A DNA stretch of 63,995 nt, filler included, from Porpidia crustulata (Eukaryota), in assembly GCA_964255105.1 (NCBI GenBank). It is 5 parts of 5 records of this genome, joined end to end, with 100 filler letters (N's around TTAATTAATTAA, not from the genome) between each part and the next. Parts side by side here need not be neighbours in the genome. Positions count along the whole stretch, not along the records: positions 26,038 to 38,906 come from CAXUWE010000475.1; positions 39,007 to 51,872 come from CAXUWE010000476.1; 3 more parts are not named here. One strand, 5' to 3'. This document shows, piece after piece, positions 38,022-51,972 of this stretch. Under the pieces are notes generated by a model. It saw only the letters and a list, made by a program, of their open reading frames with translations, was not told the DNA's origin and did no database searches. Each line of letters starts with the position of its first letter. Position 1 is the first letter of the stretch. Made by a program: the position numbers and the translations under genes.

Positions 38022-38876
38022 CTACCAAGGGAAAGTCTCTCCAGTCCACATCAAAAAGGATCCCGATCCCTTCTCCTTAGTGGCCGCATCGATCTTCCAT
38101 TCCATCAGTACATTCCTTCCGGGACTAGGGCAAATACCTGGAATAAGGACATACCTGAGCCACTACACCTGCGACGCTATTTTTTGCCTCTGTGGAAGAC
38201 TTCTTCATGCCGACGGCCCTCGCGCCAGCGTTGCTAATATCTGTCTGTACGAATCTGGTACATCGCTCCAGTCAGCCATTCAAACGGAACTCTTCCATGA
38301 TTGGGTCTGGGACATTGGAATTGAGGATAGCCTGCACATCTTACCCTGGATCGACGACCAAGGCCACCAGCTCCGGGTGCTCATAATGAATCTTTCGGAC
38401 GATCCAATGTTGAACGGCCTTGCTGGTTCCATATGCTGTGGCGGGGTACGGGCGCTGGTCCATACCGCCAATACTGCCTAACGGGCTTCCGATCCCCACG
38501 AACTTGGCCCCCTCAGTCTTCTGCAGGAGCGGGAGCGTGGCCTGGAAGAGATATAGCGGTCCGAACCCATCCACCTCGATGTGTTCCTTGACGGCCGCGG
38601 GGTCGGCGGTGGCGAGGGGGGCAAGGTCGTTGCAGATGCCCGCGTTGGCGATGACGAGGCTGAGAGCGTTGACTCCTTGGGTTTCGATGTAGCTCACGGC
38701 GTTGGCCGGGTCGGTCGCGGATTTGCTGTCGATCTTCACCACCAGCAGTTTGCTGGAGGGGCCTCTGGGCAGGGAGGCGAGCTTCTGCGCGGACGGATGG
38801 TTGGGGTCGCGGACGCCGGCGATGACGGTGGTGGCGGGTCGAGCGAGGTAGGTTTCGACGAGGCTAAGGCCAATAC
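38022..38876 (-). CDS. Short-chain dehydrogenase/reductase (Nor-1/AflD-like), 5' end truncated by contig edge
   Basis: GIG..TVIAGVRDP, VIANAGI, GPLYLFQATLPLL, YGTSK (YxxxK), DPG/FVQTD, IDAATKE..GSF..GETFPW stop. Confidence 0.88.
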
Positions 38877-38906
38877 CTGGATAGCCCCGTCAGAAAATGA
38901 CAAAGC

Positions 38907-39006
38907 NNNNNNNNNNNNNNNNNNNNNNNNNNNNNNNNNNNNNNNNNNNNTTAATTAATTAANNNNNNNNNNNNNNNNNNNNNNNNNNNNNNNNNNNNNN
39001 NNNNNN
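38907..39006. other. Artificial contig spacer
   Basis: N44-TTAATTAATTAA-N44. Confidence 0.99.
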
Positions 39007-39579
39007 CATCATGATGGAGTCGTCTCGCGGTTGCAAAAAAGAAGAAAAAATGGGAGCGTATTATAAGTGGCTACTCTGAGAATCTTACGGATTTTGATGC
39101 TTCCACTATCGTTGAGTTTTAATCAAATTCGTTAAACAGAATTCAATATCGAGAGAATGATAATAGGCTATTGGATCTAGTAGAATTTGCGTAAATCTCT
39201 GATGTTGATGACAAGGTTAACTCATCCGAGGACGCGTGAGAGTTTATCGAAGCTTCCACTTTTCCCATCCACACGGTTTTGTTGATCATATGACGGGGGA
39301 AACAAAGGCACCGCGAGTCATGGTGAAAATATGAGTCGGCAACTTCGACTTTTTGGTAGATTGGTGGAGTGGAAGTTGGGATACCGATACGGGTTATCTA
39401 TGGCCAGCATCGGAGGCAAGGCATGCGTTCATGTCTAGTGAACATTATGCCTGCAGTACAGAAGTGGACCATTGTTTTGCGAAACACCGATACGAAGGTC
39501 ATTGATTACACCTAAAGTCCGTTGAATGCTAATCTAATGTCTTGGAGATCAAAAACCCGTAGCCAAAAGAGACCCTCCC

Positions 39580-41159
39580 TTAAGCAGTCGCAGTAAGACG
39601 AGTCGACCTAGCCCAGGACCACGGCATCGAAGGTAACCAGCTTTTGGTTGCGGAACGCTTATTATCCCATGTACAAGTACCTTGCGGATGGTCGGGAACG
39701 GGAAGGTAATCGAGCTCAACTCCGCCTTTGACCAAGGTCGCCGTATAATCAGCTACACGCTCGTCCCCCAACCATGGAGCAAGGTAGTTCGCGATGAACC
39801 AAAAAACCCCGCTATCCCAGGCCTGCATACGCGTGGCATAATAGCACGTGTCAAAAATTTTCTTCATCCGGGGTTTGTGCTCGTCCTGGTATTCTTGAAA
39901 CATTGCAGAAATAGCTGATTGGGCCATCTTTCCATTTGGAGCATTTTTCACTCGCTTGTTGATAGCATTAGCAAGTGTGGCGACAGCCTCAATGGCACAG
40001 TTTCCGCCGAACGCAAAATTCGGTGTCACCTGTTGGTCAATGAGGTCAGCATGCGAGCCATGGATTTGATGGACGCGTTGGCAGGACAAATTACCTTATG
40101 GGCGGCATCGCCCACGATGGCCAGCCGGCCATAGTGCCAGTGCTCAAAGACCACTTCCTCTAAGTTGACTAGCTGACTCCGAAGGCGTTTCTCGTAGATA
40201 TCCTTGAAAAGAACGTCCTCGGTCACTGGCGAATCTGCAAATACAGCGGCCTCCTTATCCGCGTCTTCTTGGGTGTAGTGGCTTCTCATTGGTCCTATGA
40301 CTGGCTTTTCCAATTTCCGATATACAAGGAAGAATGTAGCGTCAGGTTGAGTAACAATCTGAATTGTTTTACCATTGCCGTATGTTACCGACATATCAGG
40401 GCTATGGTCAAGACCTAGTATGCCTGAAGCCATGCCAAGGAGACATGTGTACTCTGCTTTGATAGCTGCTTGGGCTTTAACAGCGCGTTCTCAAAATAGG
40501 AACAAGCTTTTGTAAGTGGCTTACAGTTCTTTTCGGAGGCAGGAATCAAGTCTGGAGAGAATTTGCTTGCCAATTGCCACATTGCGTCTCGTACAACGCT
40601 ATGGGCGCCATCACATCCAATGACAATGTCACCTTCTTCGAAGCTACCGTCTTTGAAATCAACTCGCACGCCATGCCCATTGTCGATGATATTGACAACT
40701 TTTTTCCCTGAGATGATCTTCGATTTGTCCGGAATTTTCTTGTATAAGACCTCAAGCGCCCGCATTCTCTCGAGAGCTCGAAATTCATAGCCGTGGCTGT
40801 CTCGTCCATCAGTAAACATAGGAAATCGATCGATGCGCATTGTGCACTTACCGTACTTGGATGAAGTCCCATAGGCGAGTTGTAGAAATAGGTTTGCCAT
40901 CGGGCGATCGGTTATAGCTGTATTGCATTGACATGCTCTGATCTTTGATGTCATCCGCGCACCCAATTTGGCTTAAGATTTTCATACCATGAGGCCAGAA
41001 GCCAATGCTGGCACCCCTTGGGCTCAGAACATCATACGATTCGAAAACCACATGATCGATCCCTGACTTTGTAAGGCAGTGTGAAAGAGTTAAGCCTGCG
41101 ATTCCTCCTCCTACAATCAGGACTCGGAAATGCTTTTGATCGTTCTCAGCCATCATCAT
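39580..41159 (-). CDS. FAD-dependent monooxygenase (PaxM-like), multi-exon
   Basis: VLIVGGGIAGLTL, IGCDGAHSVVR, WHYGRLAIVGDAAHK/VTPNFAFGGNCAIE. Confidence 0.92.
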
Positions 41160-44100
41160 GGACTTTCAGGTCAGATTGACAGCGCTGTCTCCCCGAACGA
41201 ACACTCAGCGACACTTTGACAGACAGACGACCGAGAGAGAAGATAAGGTAAACGTCCTGACGCATTGGTCTAGCTTTTATTTAGAGCAAGAGACTCCTAG
41301 GCTTACAATATCTCGCCTTCCCTTTTGGCATTACACGTCGATCGGTGGAAACGGATAGACGGCGAAGCACATAGAGTAACAGATGTTCTATCCAACGGAA
41401 TATACATCACGAATAGTCGTCGAGAGCCAAACCGCAACTGCGGACTGGAATCCGAACATGAGATCTGGGTCATCGGCCCGATCGTGCATGATTGTACATC
41501 GTAGACTGATAGTACCTGGCCACGCATGCCACGGTCCGCTTTGCCCGCGCCGCGTAATTTTATGCAAACCTCGCCTATCATCATACTCGTATTTCCCTCT
41601 TAGTGCTATATAGTATCTTTATATCATCGACACCATTTTCGCTGAGCCCGTTCCTTTAGTTCCTTTTGCTCCTTTCGGTAGTGCTTGCAGCGTGATAGCA
41701 AATGTTCCGGTGTCTGTATAGCGTTCTCCCACATTAATGATGCGAAGAAACGACGTCTTCGTCTGTCATCACGCCGACGTTGATATTCTGATAAATTTAT
41801 AGACAGTTTCTGTCTAAGCTGTAGAAGAAACTGGGTATAAATGTGGCAGAGCTATCATATGCTGATATGAATTTCGCCGATTCGCTGTGAGAATCCCTCC
41901 AAGATTCGCCTGTACGTCGCGATAGGAAAATTTCGACCGTTTAGTCATGTATGGTTTGGGTTGGAACAAGAACCGTCACCGATTCTGAGGATCTTGCATT
42001 GAACGCAGAACCACGAATTGGCCGTGGTCTATGGAGATTCAAAGATGAGATAAGCCAGCTACGCCTGATTCCAACTTAGTATATAGCACTTTTCCGTGGG
42101 ACACTTGATGTAGCATGACAAAGGTCAACACGAGTACCATCAAGCATCATACTAAACTTTATTATGGAGCACGCCATCGTCGGGGTTGAAGCCTATATTG
42201 CTGCCTTCAAACGGGACGAGTGGGATTGAAATGGCCGGTGCTTTGTCTATTTAATACAACGAGGCTCCAATAGCTCTTCTTCTCATCTTCATCCTGGCAA
42301 TTGGATCGTCCGAGGGCTCAAAGCCACCCATAAGGGTTTGTGGATGACGAAACTACAATCGCTAGTGATAGACGACAGTAGGATCAGTACCCCCAAGCTT
42401 ACGGTAGTGCTCTTCTGCATGAAATTTTAGTACTGTCCAAATTGCCCGGCCGCGCCAAGTATATCTCGCTTCCTCAGACCACTTGGTCTCAACTGATTTT
42501 GCACTTCAAGTCTTTGGTGAAAGTTTTAAACATGGGCACTAGGACTGACAAAGCTGGGGATCGACCACGTGGCGTGGAGCTTGTGCATGGCGCGTGGGCC
42601 GGTGACAGCACATGCGAACCCTGGCTTATCAAACCAATGTGCTTATTTAGCTGACGAGCCGAGTGTGGAGGACTTTGCAAAATACGCCGCACTGAGGCTG
42701 CTGGTCGCAATATGCTGGTGGGCCTAGCCCCTGGTACGCTAATGCGGTGAGATAGCTTGAAAAGACTCCCATCAAAATTCATGTGGAATTCCGGCTTTAA
42801 TTCTAATCAAAGTTCGGTAGCTCTCTGTTCCACCATACAGCAGAGGGAGCCAGAAAGCCAGCATAGGAGGGCGAGGTGCTTGACTTGCTGTTTTCACCGC
42901 TATTCGAGATTGTTACAAGGCCAGCTGAAGTCAAGTTGAGGCCACATTCTGACTGCTCTGACCTTTAGCCGTCGAAGTGTACTCAGCGGGAGGATTTAGT
43001 GCTGATGGGTACCAGCTGATCACTAGGCTTAACATCGCCGTGTCAGATCCAGCTATATCCGCTCAGGATGTGGAAACACTGACTGACAATGAAAATCGCT
43101 TTAGCTCTTCGCCTGAGTAAGACTGTAACTCTTCAACAGTGTACGGTACTGCCGCTGATCAACGCTAGACCACAACCATTACTGCCTATCTCTGAGACAG
43201 TCAAAAATTGGTGTACCCACGCTTCGTACTGAGTGCCTTATGGTGCTTTGATAAGGCATGATAAAGAAGCGCCTACGGCCGATTGACCGTTGTGCATCAA
43301 CAAGGGTTCTTTGGCTTTTCGCTTGTTCAACGATTGTCGTTGGGATTGAGCACCTCGGCCTAAGTAGCCCCCATATCCAGAGTTTATGTAGCAGGTCTCA
43401 AGCTAAGCTGATAGGGACACGGCCGAAACAAGGGCTACTGTGCATTCGTAGTCGAAGATGCCAATGAAAACATGTCACTTGGCTGACGGACATTCTCTGA
43501 TCGCCATGGAATCCATAGGAGTGGGGGGAGATGCAGAAAACAATGGGTTTACCGATCATGGCCATTCGCGTATGACTGTTTGGAACCGTTACCGTACGAC
43601 ACTAGGGAAATATTTCCAAAACTGGGAGCCTGATGGTACGAAAACCAATCGTTGCAATGAACCATCACCACCCACCTCCATGACCTCTGCCCTGGAGATT
43701 AACCGCCAGTACCCTCAAGCGAAATTCCAACCGGAGTGTTTTAAATGCAGCTAATCTCTGACGGAAATCTGGTCTCAACAGACAAATGTGCTTCGCCAGG
43801 CCCGTGTCACGATACGATGACTGGGTGAAACCCTGGCCGTCTCAATCGGTACCAGTCGAACCATCCGTGGCTGACAGGATTGATCCGCTTTTTCACAGGT
43901 TGCGTTGTTGCCGTACTTACACAGGTGTATAGCGCGATAGTGATCAAGCTCACCAACGCCAAGGGCGGAACACGACATCTATCTAGCATCCCACCAACTA
44001 AGGTACCAGGAACCGAGAGGATCTAGGGAGGGCGAATAGCCCGACAAGTCAAATATGTCCCTCACCTCAAGTCCAGCCTGCTCTGGCGTTATATAAAGCT

Positions 44101-44295
44101 CGTGATGTGCACGGTATTCGTCGGCGTCGGCCACGGAAAGCTCTCAGTAGGTGCTTGAGCTACAGACTTAGGTAAATCATCCTTCAGCCACCGGGCCGTC
44201 AGTCTAGCGCCCGTTGTGACTCGTCTGAATAGTGTCGAGGCCTTCCGCCAACTTCTTTCAAAGCTCGAAGGCAAGCAGATCCGTACAGCAGAGTC

Positions 44296-46754
44296 ATGGA
44301 GACAGGAACCTTTGCCCCCCACCCAGGCCACTCGAGGCAGAACAGTTGTACCCCAGTCCACATTAGTGGACCCACTGCGGGGTCTGGGAGCTCTACCGAT
44401 CCCAGGTTTCGCCAACTTTCCAACTCGAACGAAAGTGATAGCGATGAGGACCGTACTTCGGGAGCTACGACCGGTAACGGAGTGGCCCGACGGATAGCTT
44501 GTGATGTCTGCAGGGAAAGAAAGGTTCGCTGCGACAGAAGTCAACCAAAGTGCGGAAGATGCAACAGACTCGGGCACAAATGCAAATACAATGCATCGAA
44601 GCGGAATCAGGACGCATCCAAACTGGATGTTCCACAAGCGCTCTTAACCTTACACGCGAGATTGGGTATAATACCTCGGTTTTCTATACCATATCAGATC
44701 CCAAGCCGTTGGCAAATGTCCACACCATGACCGAAGCTAACACTTGTCACAGCACAGGCAGAAGCTCAGCTCGCTTTAACACAACCTACGGTAGAGCTGG
44801 GGCAATCCGCAGCTCAATGGCCAGTATCAGATATCCAGGTGGGCTATGAATTCACGCAGCCGTACCTTAACAGTCAAGTACCGCCTTGTTCTGCGACTAC
44901 GGACTCAAGCTATGAGCCGCTGAACGATTTCGGCTTCGAACACTCGGTGATGCAGCAGGCCTTGGACGACTGGTAAACATTGAATAGCATAATGGTTTCT
45001 TGCTGATCAACTTTCTGACACGCTGGCAATTCTAGGCATCATTTTGTAACTGATGGCGACACTGAAATGGTTATGGATCCAGCAAAGCAAAGTGGCACTC
45101 CCGCGATTCTTGAAAATCAGCGTTCTGGCTCTTCGCCCTCAACAACGTTTGACATGTTCGAATTTGACGAAGCATTTTCTCCGCAAGTACTAGCTGGATT
45201 GTAATGACCCACTTTGGTTTTATGTCTTCCTCTCTGCTAATCTGTCCTTAGGCACCAAACCTACTTTGATGTCATTCATCACGCAATGCCTATGATTCAT
45301 CGCGAACGCTTTTCCGCTGCACTAGCGGCTTCATCCGGAAAACCCCAAGTATCTGCTCTGAGCTATAGCGTTGCCATGTTGGGTGCGACTTTGTCCGATG
45401 AAAACGCTCAATTAGAAGAGAAATGTTATCAACACGCGAGGAAATATTTGGAGACGGCCGAGAGGCAAGAGGACGGGACAAATTTTATCACATTGGATGC
45501 ATTGCAAGCTTGTGTACTCACTACGTGGTACGAATTCAAAGGACCGGGATTTGCCAGAGCGTGGATGAGCTTAGGAAGAGCGATCAGACTTGCCAAAATG
45601 CTCGGCCTCCATCAAATGGACAATCCCGATCCAAGAAGAGTACCGACAGGCTCGCCGATATCCAGCTTCCAACTTCCTCTACCTGCAACAGTAGGCCCAA
45701 CGGAATTGGAAGAGAGGCGGCGGACTTTCTGGGTACTTTTCATTTTTGAGGCTTATGCAAGTGCTAGAACCGGCTCTCCAATGACGATACACGAGTTCGA
45801 GGTATTTTTCAGGTCTTTCTTTGTTTACCACAATGTGATACTGCTTGGACAGGCCAAATCAACTCATGGGAATTACTAACTTTGGCTGTAGATTACTACT
45901 GCCTTGCCTTCACTAGAATTTCCAAGTGACGGATCCACTACACCATCAATGCCATCACTGAACAATGCGACGACCTTTGCCGGAACCACGCTGATCTCTG
46001 CTTTTGCTGGGGTCGTGCTAATGGTCTCGCTCTATACTCGCTGTTTGAAACACTTCCAAGCATCGTATGAACAGGACCAGACAGGCGATCTCACCTATGG
46101 CTTTTGGCTGCATCACTACCGACTGGATAAGACCGTCGTTGATTACTCAGCAAATCTACTAGGTCATCTGACGTCGCAAGCTCGTTTGCACGACCCACTT
46201 GCTCTTTGTTTGAATATCAATTTATGTGCTGTCAATATCTGCCTTCATGAAGCGGCCCTTGAAAAAGCCCAGAAAGGAAAACTGCCAGCAACTTTGGTGG
46301 CAGAGAGCGAGAATCGATGTACAGCCGCAGCAATGGAAATTGTAGGGGACGTCCGGTTGAGCCAACAACTGGACTCGTCACAGGTTTGTCTCCAATGACC
46401 CACATCCATCAGTATAGCGGATTGGGTAGCGCAAGGAATTTGTTTGGCTAACAAGATTGTCAGGCGAGGTTACTCAAGGAAATGAATACTTTTGTTATGT
46501 GGCCTCTGTCGATGGCTGCGCGAGCTCTGAGCCGACAGCTCAGAACCCCCAAAGGTGATGCTAATGGGATTGTGACATCCTTCCAGCTTCTTCGTTCAGC
46601 GATGGAAGATCTCAAAGACCCGAGTGGTCACTGGAATAATCTGATAGGCGATATTGCTCAGCAACTAGCAGATCCAGGGATCGTTGCTAAAAAGCGCAAA
46701 AGAGCGAAAAAGACCTCGATCCAGGGTAAAGAGGCTTGGGAAGAACCAAAGTAA
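44296..46754 (+). CDS. Zn(II)2Cys6 transcription factor with fungal-specific TF domain, multi-exon
   Basis: ACDVCRERKVRCDRSQPKCGRCNRLGHKCKY; AWMSLGRAIRLAKMLGLHQMD; EERRRTFWVLF. Confidence 0.93.
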
Positions 46755-47783
46755 TTTGTCTTTCATCTGTGGGTTCTGAGGATAGGTAGCTTTCGGAACG
46801 GAAAGCGGTGATGAGAAGATGCTACGATATCGCTCTAGAAACCGTCAAACCGCACAAAGTGTGCCGTTAGGTTTCGGGTCTCTGGTCAGGCTACCTCACT
46901 TGCATTCAACTTCAGGTGTCTGATGAATGTCTTCATGTTTAGTGCAAAAATCGTTTGGTAGCATGCAGAAAGCGTCTACAGACGAAACGAAACGGAGTCC
47001 GAGGGTTCACCCAAACAGGGAATTCGATCGCCTGGGTCGACCAGCTCTGCTTCTGTAAATATCGTGACACCGGCGTTATGGTCAGCCGGCCTGCAACTAC
47101 TATGCTGTAGAGTATCCAACTCCGTTAGCTCTGCCGACTCCTTCCGCTCCTATGAAAGAACTATCTACCCTTCAGCGAGTCGCGTCGCACATCAGGGAAA
47201 GATGTGTCGTAAGAGGCGGATGATCAGCCCTAAGGTTCAAACGTACTTAAGCCCTCCTGCATCTCACCTCCCACATTTTAGCCACAACCGTCTAGGCATT
47301 GCTGATATGGAGATAGGCCCGGCAATAACCGAAAGGGCATCATTCAGCCCAGTACAAGGTCCGCATTGCTGCCTACCTACTTACATATCTGACACAGTAG
47401 CCTTGGATAGCATTTCATCATCAGTCAAACTTGTTAAGCTGAAATGCCTCGGTGTAGCAAAGATAGATTTTAATGGCTCTATGACGATCAAAGCTTAAAC
47501 GTAAAATCTTACATGTAAGATCTTGTGGACAGCTCCTCCGTTCAGGACAAACTCGTATCGCTACGCCTCCATCATCATGACTACTAGGTAATTCTATGGC
47601 AAATTTGCACTATTGTCGGCATCACTCCCGCCTCGCTCAACCCCAGAATGCGATCCTTCCAATAGTCAAGGATTCCAACCGTAGAATACGAGTATGGTGA
47701 ATCAATTACAAAGCCGTCCATGCAGCGGACGAGCGGCCTGTTAGTCTGTCAGAGAACAGCTACAACGATAAAGAAAGTAGCTA

Positions 47784-48770
47784 TCATTCAGCTTCCTTAC
47801 CTCGAGAACTAGCTGAAAGTATATGCTGGGTCCGTTCAAAGGCAGTCGCGTCAATTTTCGCAGCGACCTTTGTCAAAGTGATGTTTCTTGGGATGCCAAT
47901 CTCGGTGTATGGATCTGTGTTGCTCCCCTGGATCTTTCCGCTCTTAGCCAGAAGCGAGCGCACATGCCTGAGGATGATTCGCTGGAACTCGGAGTACCCT
48001 GACTTCATGCTTAGGCCAAGAGATCAAGAGGCCGATAATCCCTACTGGAATGTTCACTTACGGTGCATGCCACCGCTGTGGCACCCATACAGGTTCCAGC
48101 TGATCTTGGTCTCGTGCTCGGAAACGTATTCGCCTTTGAACGACACCCATTCACCAGCGAACAAACCTGGCCCCGGATCGAAATAAATTGGGACTATCGC
48201 TCGATCAGTTCCGCTTCGAATATGGAGGAAAGATATGGCGTTACCGTTTACGAGCCTGAACGCCCAAAGAAAAGAGCCATCGGTGGCAAGCTCATACCTG
48301 GTCATCTAGAACTTCGTCAGTTGGGACTACTATTGATAAAGATATTTGTCAGAGTAGGAACGCCCACCTCTTCGACCCATTCATATACTCCCACGTCGAT
48401 GCCAATGACCGTGGTCCGAGTGGAACCTATAGTGTTGTCCGGGCCATCTTTCGAGAGAATTTTCTGTGGGATCCAACTAAGGTCATAATCTATGCATCCG
48501 ATCAGCTGGTGTATTTGTTTATCGAAGTACTACAAAAACATGCAAAGCCTTCATCTTCCAATAATCCTAGACCAACTTACAGTTGCCGGTCAAATTGCGC
48601 ACATCAAAAGCGTTTGCTCCAACATTTATATAAGTTGTGCAGGTCTGATAATCTGTATTCTCCGGACATTTACACGGCTGTGAGGAGGTCAAAGAGCATT
48701 CTTCGACGGCTGTTGGATGTGCGAACACGGCTGAGATTACGAGACCTGAAGCGAGGAATCGGTTGAGCAT
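47784..48770 (-). CDS. Small secreted Cys-containing protein, possibly START/SRPBCC-like, multi-exon
   Basis: Signal peptide MLNRFLASGLVISAVFA; PCKCP; spliced exons giving YDLSW..GPDNTIGSTRT..YEWVEE/LTRY..ETKISWNLYGC..YSEFQ. Confidence 0.65.
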
Positions 48771-51700
48771 GTTGCTGTCTCGTCAGAGGTTGCTTCTATG
48801 AAAACCAAGTAGAAGAAAAGAAGTGATTCTACGGAGGAAAGAGTGAAAGCCCCAATAGACTTAATTCCAACCACTTTAAGAGGAAGGTCATATCAAATCT
48901 GGCGGAAGCACTGGTTCAGCTGTTTTTACGTACTTAAGAGACCTAGCAGCGGGGGGATCCCTCCGCTGCGAGGGCGGGGAAATGGGGAGAGCGGAGGGAT
49001 TCAGCGTGTGTCAGCCTTTCCAGACGGTGTTGTCGGACCGCGCTGCCCTATTGACATCAAGTACCTCGCAGAATAATTCTCGCAGATCTTTTGCTTAGGG
49101 CTGCATGGTGGCATGTTACTAATGCGTGCCGTCGAAGGCTAACACAAATGCTTTCCACGTATACCCTACATCATACAATCATGCAGTCGTTGTCTCCGCG
49201 CACAACCGATAGACCTAATCGTAACCGAACCGAGCCAACGGCCGCAGCAAGGACTCCCAACCTTGCGCGCATCAATATCCGTATCCAGGTAATGCAAGGA
49301 ATGGTTGAGCAACCTGGACGACACCCCTTCAGCCATCTGGAACTGCAGAATCAGGCCCCTAGATCACGCAGATGATAATGCAGGGTGATCTCCACCCCCA
49401 GCCTAATTCCGTCATCCCCACGTTTTTGATATCTAATGGCGTTCAGCCTCCATATTCCAGCGTCGTTCTCTCCACATCCGCCATGGGCCTGGATCACTTG
49501 TACATCAGCATCTGGTCCTTTGAAAATTCAAGACCCGCAGCTTCCGCCAACGTCAACACCACTTCAGCAAAACAACCTCCGTCTCCTCCACTGTCGCACC
49601 GCCTTGTTGGAAATCGTGCTTTCGAATGATGTGTCCCCTTTTGTGGGAGCGTGCTTTCCTCTTGAAATATTGGAACCCGTAAAACCCAAAGATCTCTGTA
49701 CTTTCAAAGAGTCCGCAATTGCTGAGGTACACGGTTGAATTCTCACCCAAATAAGCCAAGACGTAGGCCATGACTAATACAACCTCGCATCATCAATTCG
49801 ATCTTCCTAAATTGCAAAGTCAGCAATCTGGTTACAATGCTGCGTCTCCACTCTTTTGGCACCCATCAGAAGCCAGTCGCCAACCAGGTCGCACAATGGC
49901 CAGCCCATGGTTCTGGAATTCGTACTGAAGATCGTGGCGTGCGTGTAAGTTGATGGCCTTTTGATCTCGCCCTCTTCATGCTGAGCAGCCGATCAATGAA
50001 TCTCCGTGTCAGCCTTTCGAACTCTTCGACACGGTGAAGATAACCGAACCGGCATCCATCCACCTGCGTGCCCCCTGAAACAGAACATGGTTCCGTAACG
50101 TGAAGTATCAAAACGCAATACGTTCACCGCCTTGTTACATTACAGAATCTTGAAATACCACGAATACTCTCATTGTGGGATCCAAGAGCACCCAAATCTT
50201 CCGGGTTGCCTTACAGTCCAGGACTGGACCCTGTGGAGCTGGACCCTGCACAACCAAACACTTTCTATCCGCATGAGGCGGGTCGAGTTGCGCATCTACG
50301 TATACTCCTACGATACTCTCATGCATCTACATGCTATATCACCCTGTTCTAGACCATGACACGGGTCTCGACTCTTAACTACCTTAACGGTAATCCTTTA
50401 GATGACGTAGGAAACCCATCTTGCCGATGACGATGACAACGTCATACTATCTAGGCGGCTGCTTCTTATAGTGTCTTTAGCCTAGCTGATGTAAGTATGC
50501 GAACTTGAGCGGTGTTGTTGCACACCGTCAGCCCGGAGTGATCTCAGATGAAGAACAGCGTAGGCTGACGCTTGCAGGCCTCGCTGTACACAAAACACCC
50601 CTGGCTAGTCTCCTAGTTCCTCCCTCCCTCCCCGTATTGATACTTCACCATTCTGTTTGCTTGAAGATGCGGTGTTTGATAGTCTCAAACCCGTCGCTTG
50701 ACCAACGTCGAAGTCCTCTGATTACATGACGTAGCAAAAATTCAATATAAAATTGATTGATTCAATGTGATCTATTCGACATCGCTGTTGAACATGGTCA
50801 TTGTACATTCCGCGAGTAATTTGATTGTTCAAGTTGATGAACACTCTTTAAATCGATCTTTCGATGTTTAGATATGCGTATGCTTCGTTACAGTAATTGC
50901 TCGACGAAAATATGCGCTGCAAAGCATTTTGATCGACAGTTTTTTAAGATCTATATGTTTCTTCACCCAAACCTGTGACATACCCCAGGTCAATTGTGCC
51001 ATGGTTTATGATTGAATGCTCCTAACCCGGTTCAAAGTCCTGCAAGCATGGGCGATAGGCCGTCCAGTTCCATACCTTCGGCCCAGCAAGACTTCGCGGA
51101 TGGTTCGAATATCCCAACACTCAAAGAATACCCACAGGACACGGATAGAACCACAGGCGTCCCATCAAACCCATTTAACGCGGTGGATGACACCCAGGAG
51201 CGGGATGGCAACGTAAACGCTATGTCATCAACGAATCCACGTAGGTATGGGAGAGTTAGGCCATGGTGCTATGATCGTTTTTTAAACCTGATCACTTCTA
51301 ATCAAGCCGTCCAGAATTTTGTCCTACCATCCTAAACCCACATTTGCAGCGCAACAAAGTTCAAAACGAGTGTCCTTCCAGAGTTTGAACAAAGCCCCCA
51401 CTAGCACCCAAGTGCAACCATTCTAAGTTACAAATTATATATTGGGCTTCAATATTACCTATCATCACCAAAATTCCACTCATTAAGATAATTCCGTCGA
51501 GCCAACACCAGCTTTTCGGTACATAAAGCTGGCTGTATCCTCGCTTCGGTTCTTTCAATCACTTTCCCGTCTTTCATGCACCTCCTTGTCCTCAGAATCA
51601 AGAGCGTGCTTACCTGTGCGCTACTGAATCTAGCCTTCTCTTACTAATTTTCAATCGTTTGTTGAAATAAACGTCCGATCCACAAGAATTTGTCGAATTC

Positions 51701-51872
51701 CCACCAACGGTGGCTCAACTGCACATTTCGTATCCCCTATAACACGGCCTTGTATAACAATCTTGCAATTGGAGCCATCATGCTGCTCCATGCACCAGAG
51801 TAAGATGCAAGCCAATTTCACAGAACGATCCTTCGTCATGACTGTTTCCTCTAGAACCACAAAAAGTAAATC

Positions 51873-51972
51873 NNNNNNNNNNNNNNNNNNNNNNNNNNNN
51901 NNNNNNNNNNNNNNNNTTAATTAATTAANNNNNNNNNNNNNNNNNNNNNNNNNNNNNNNNNNNNNNNNNNNN
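51873..51972. other. Artificial contig spacer
   Basis: N44-TTAATTAATTAA-N44. Confidence 0.99.

Noticed and set aside
41200..44200. Short ORFs in the long monooxygenase-TF intergenic region
   Set aside because: No recognisable protein motifs in the frames examined.
38022..46754. SDR + monooxygenase + transcription factor as a single gene cluster
   Set aside because: The SDR is on a different contig; the spacer at 38907-39006 is an artificial join.
51361..51420. GASGGFVQTLEGHS, similar to a HET-E-type WD40 repeat start
   Set aside because: Only ~14 residues, followed by a stop, with no further repeats or NACHT domain.
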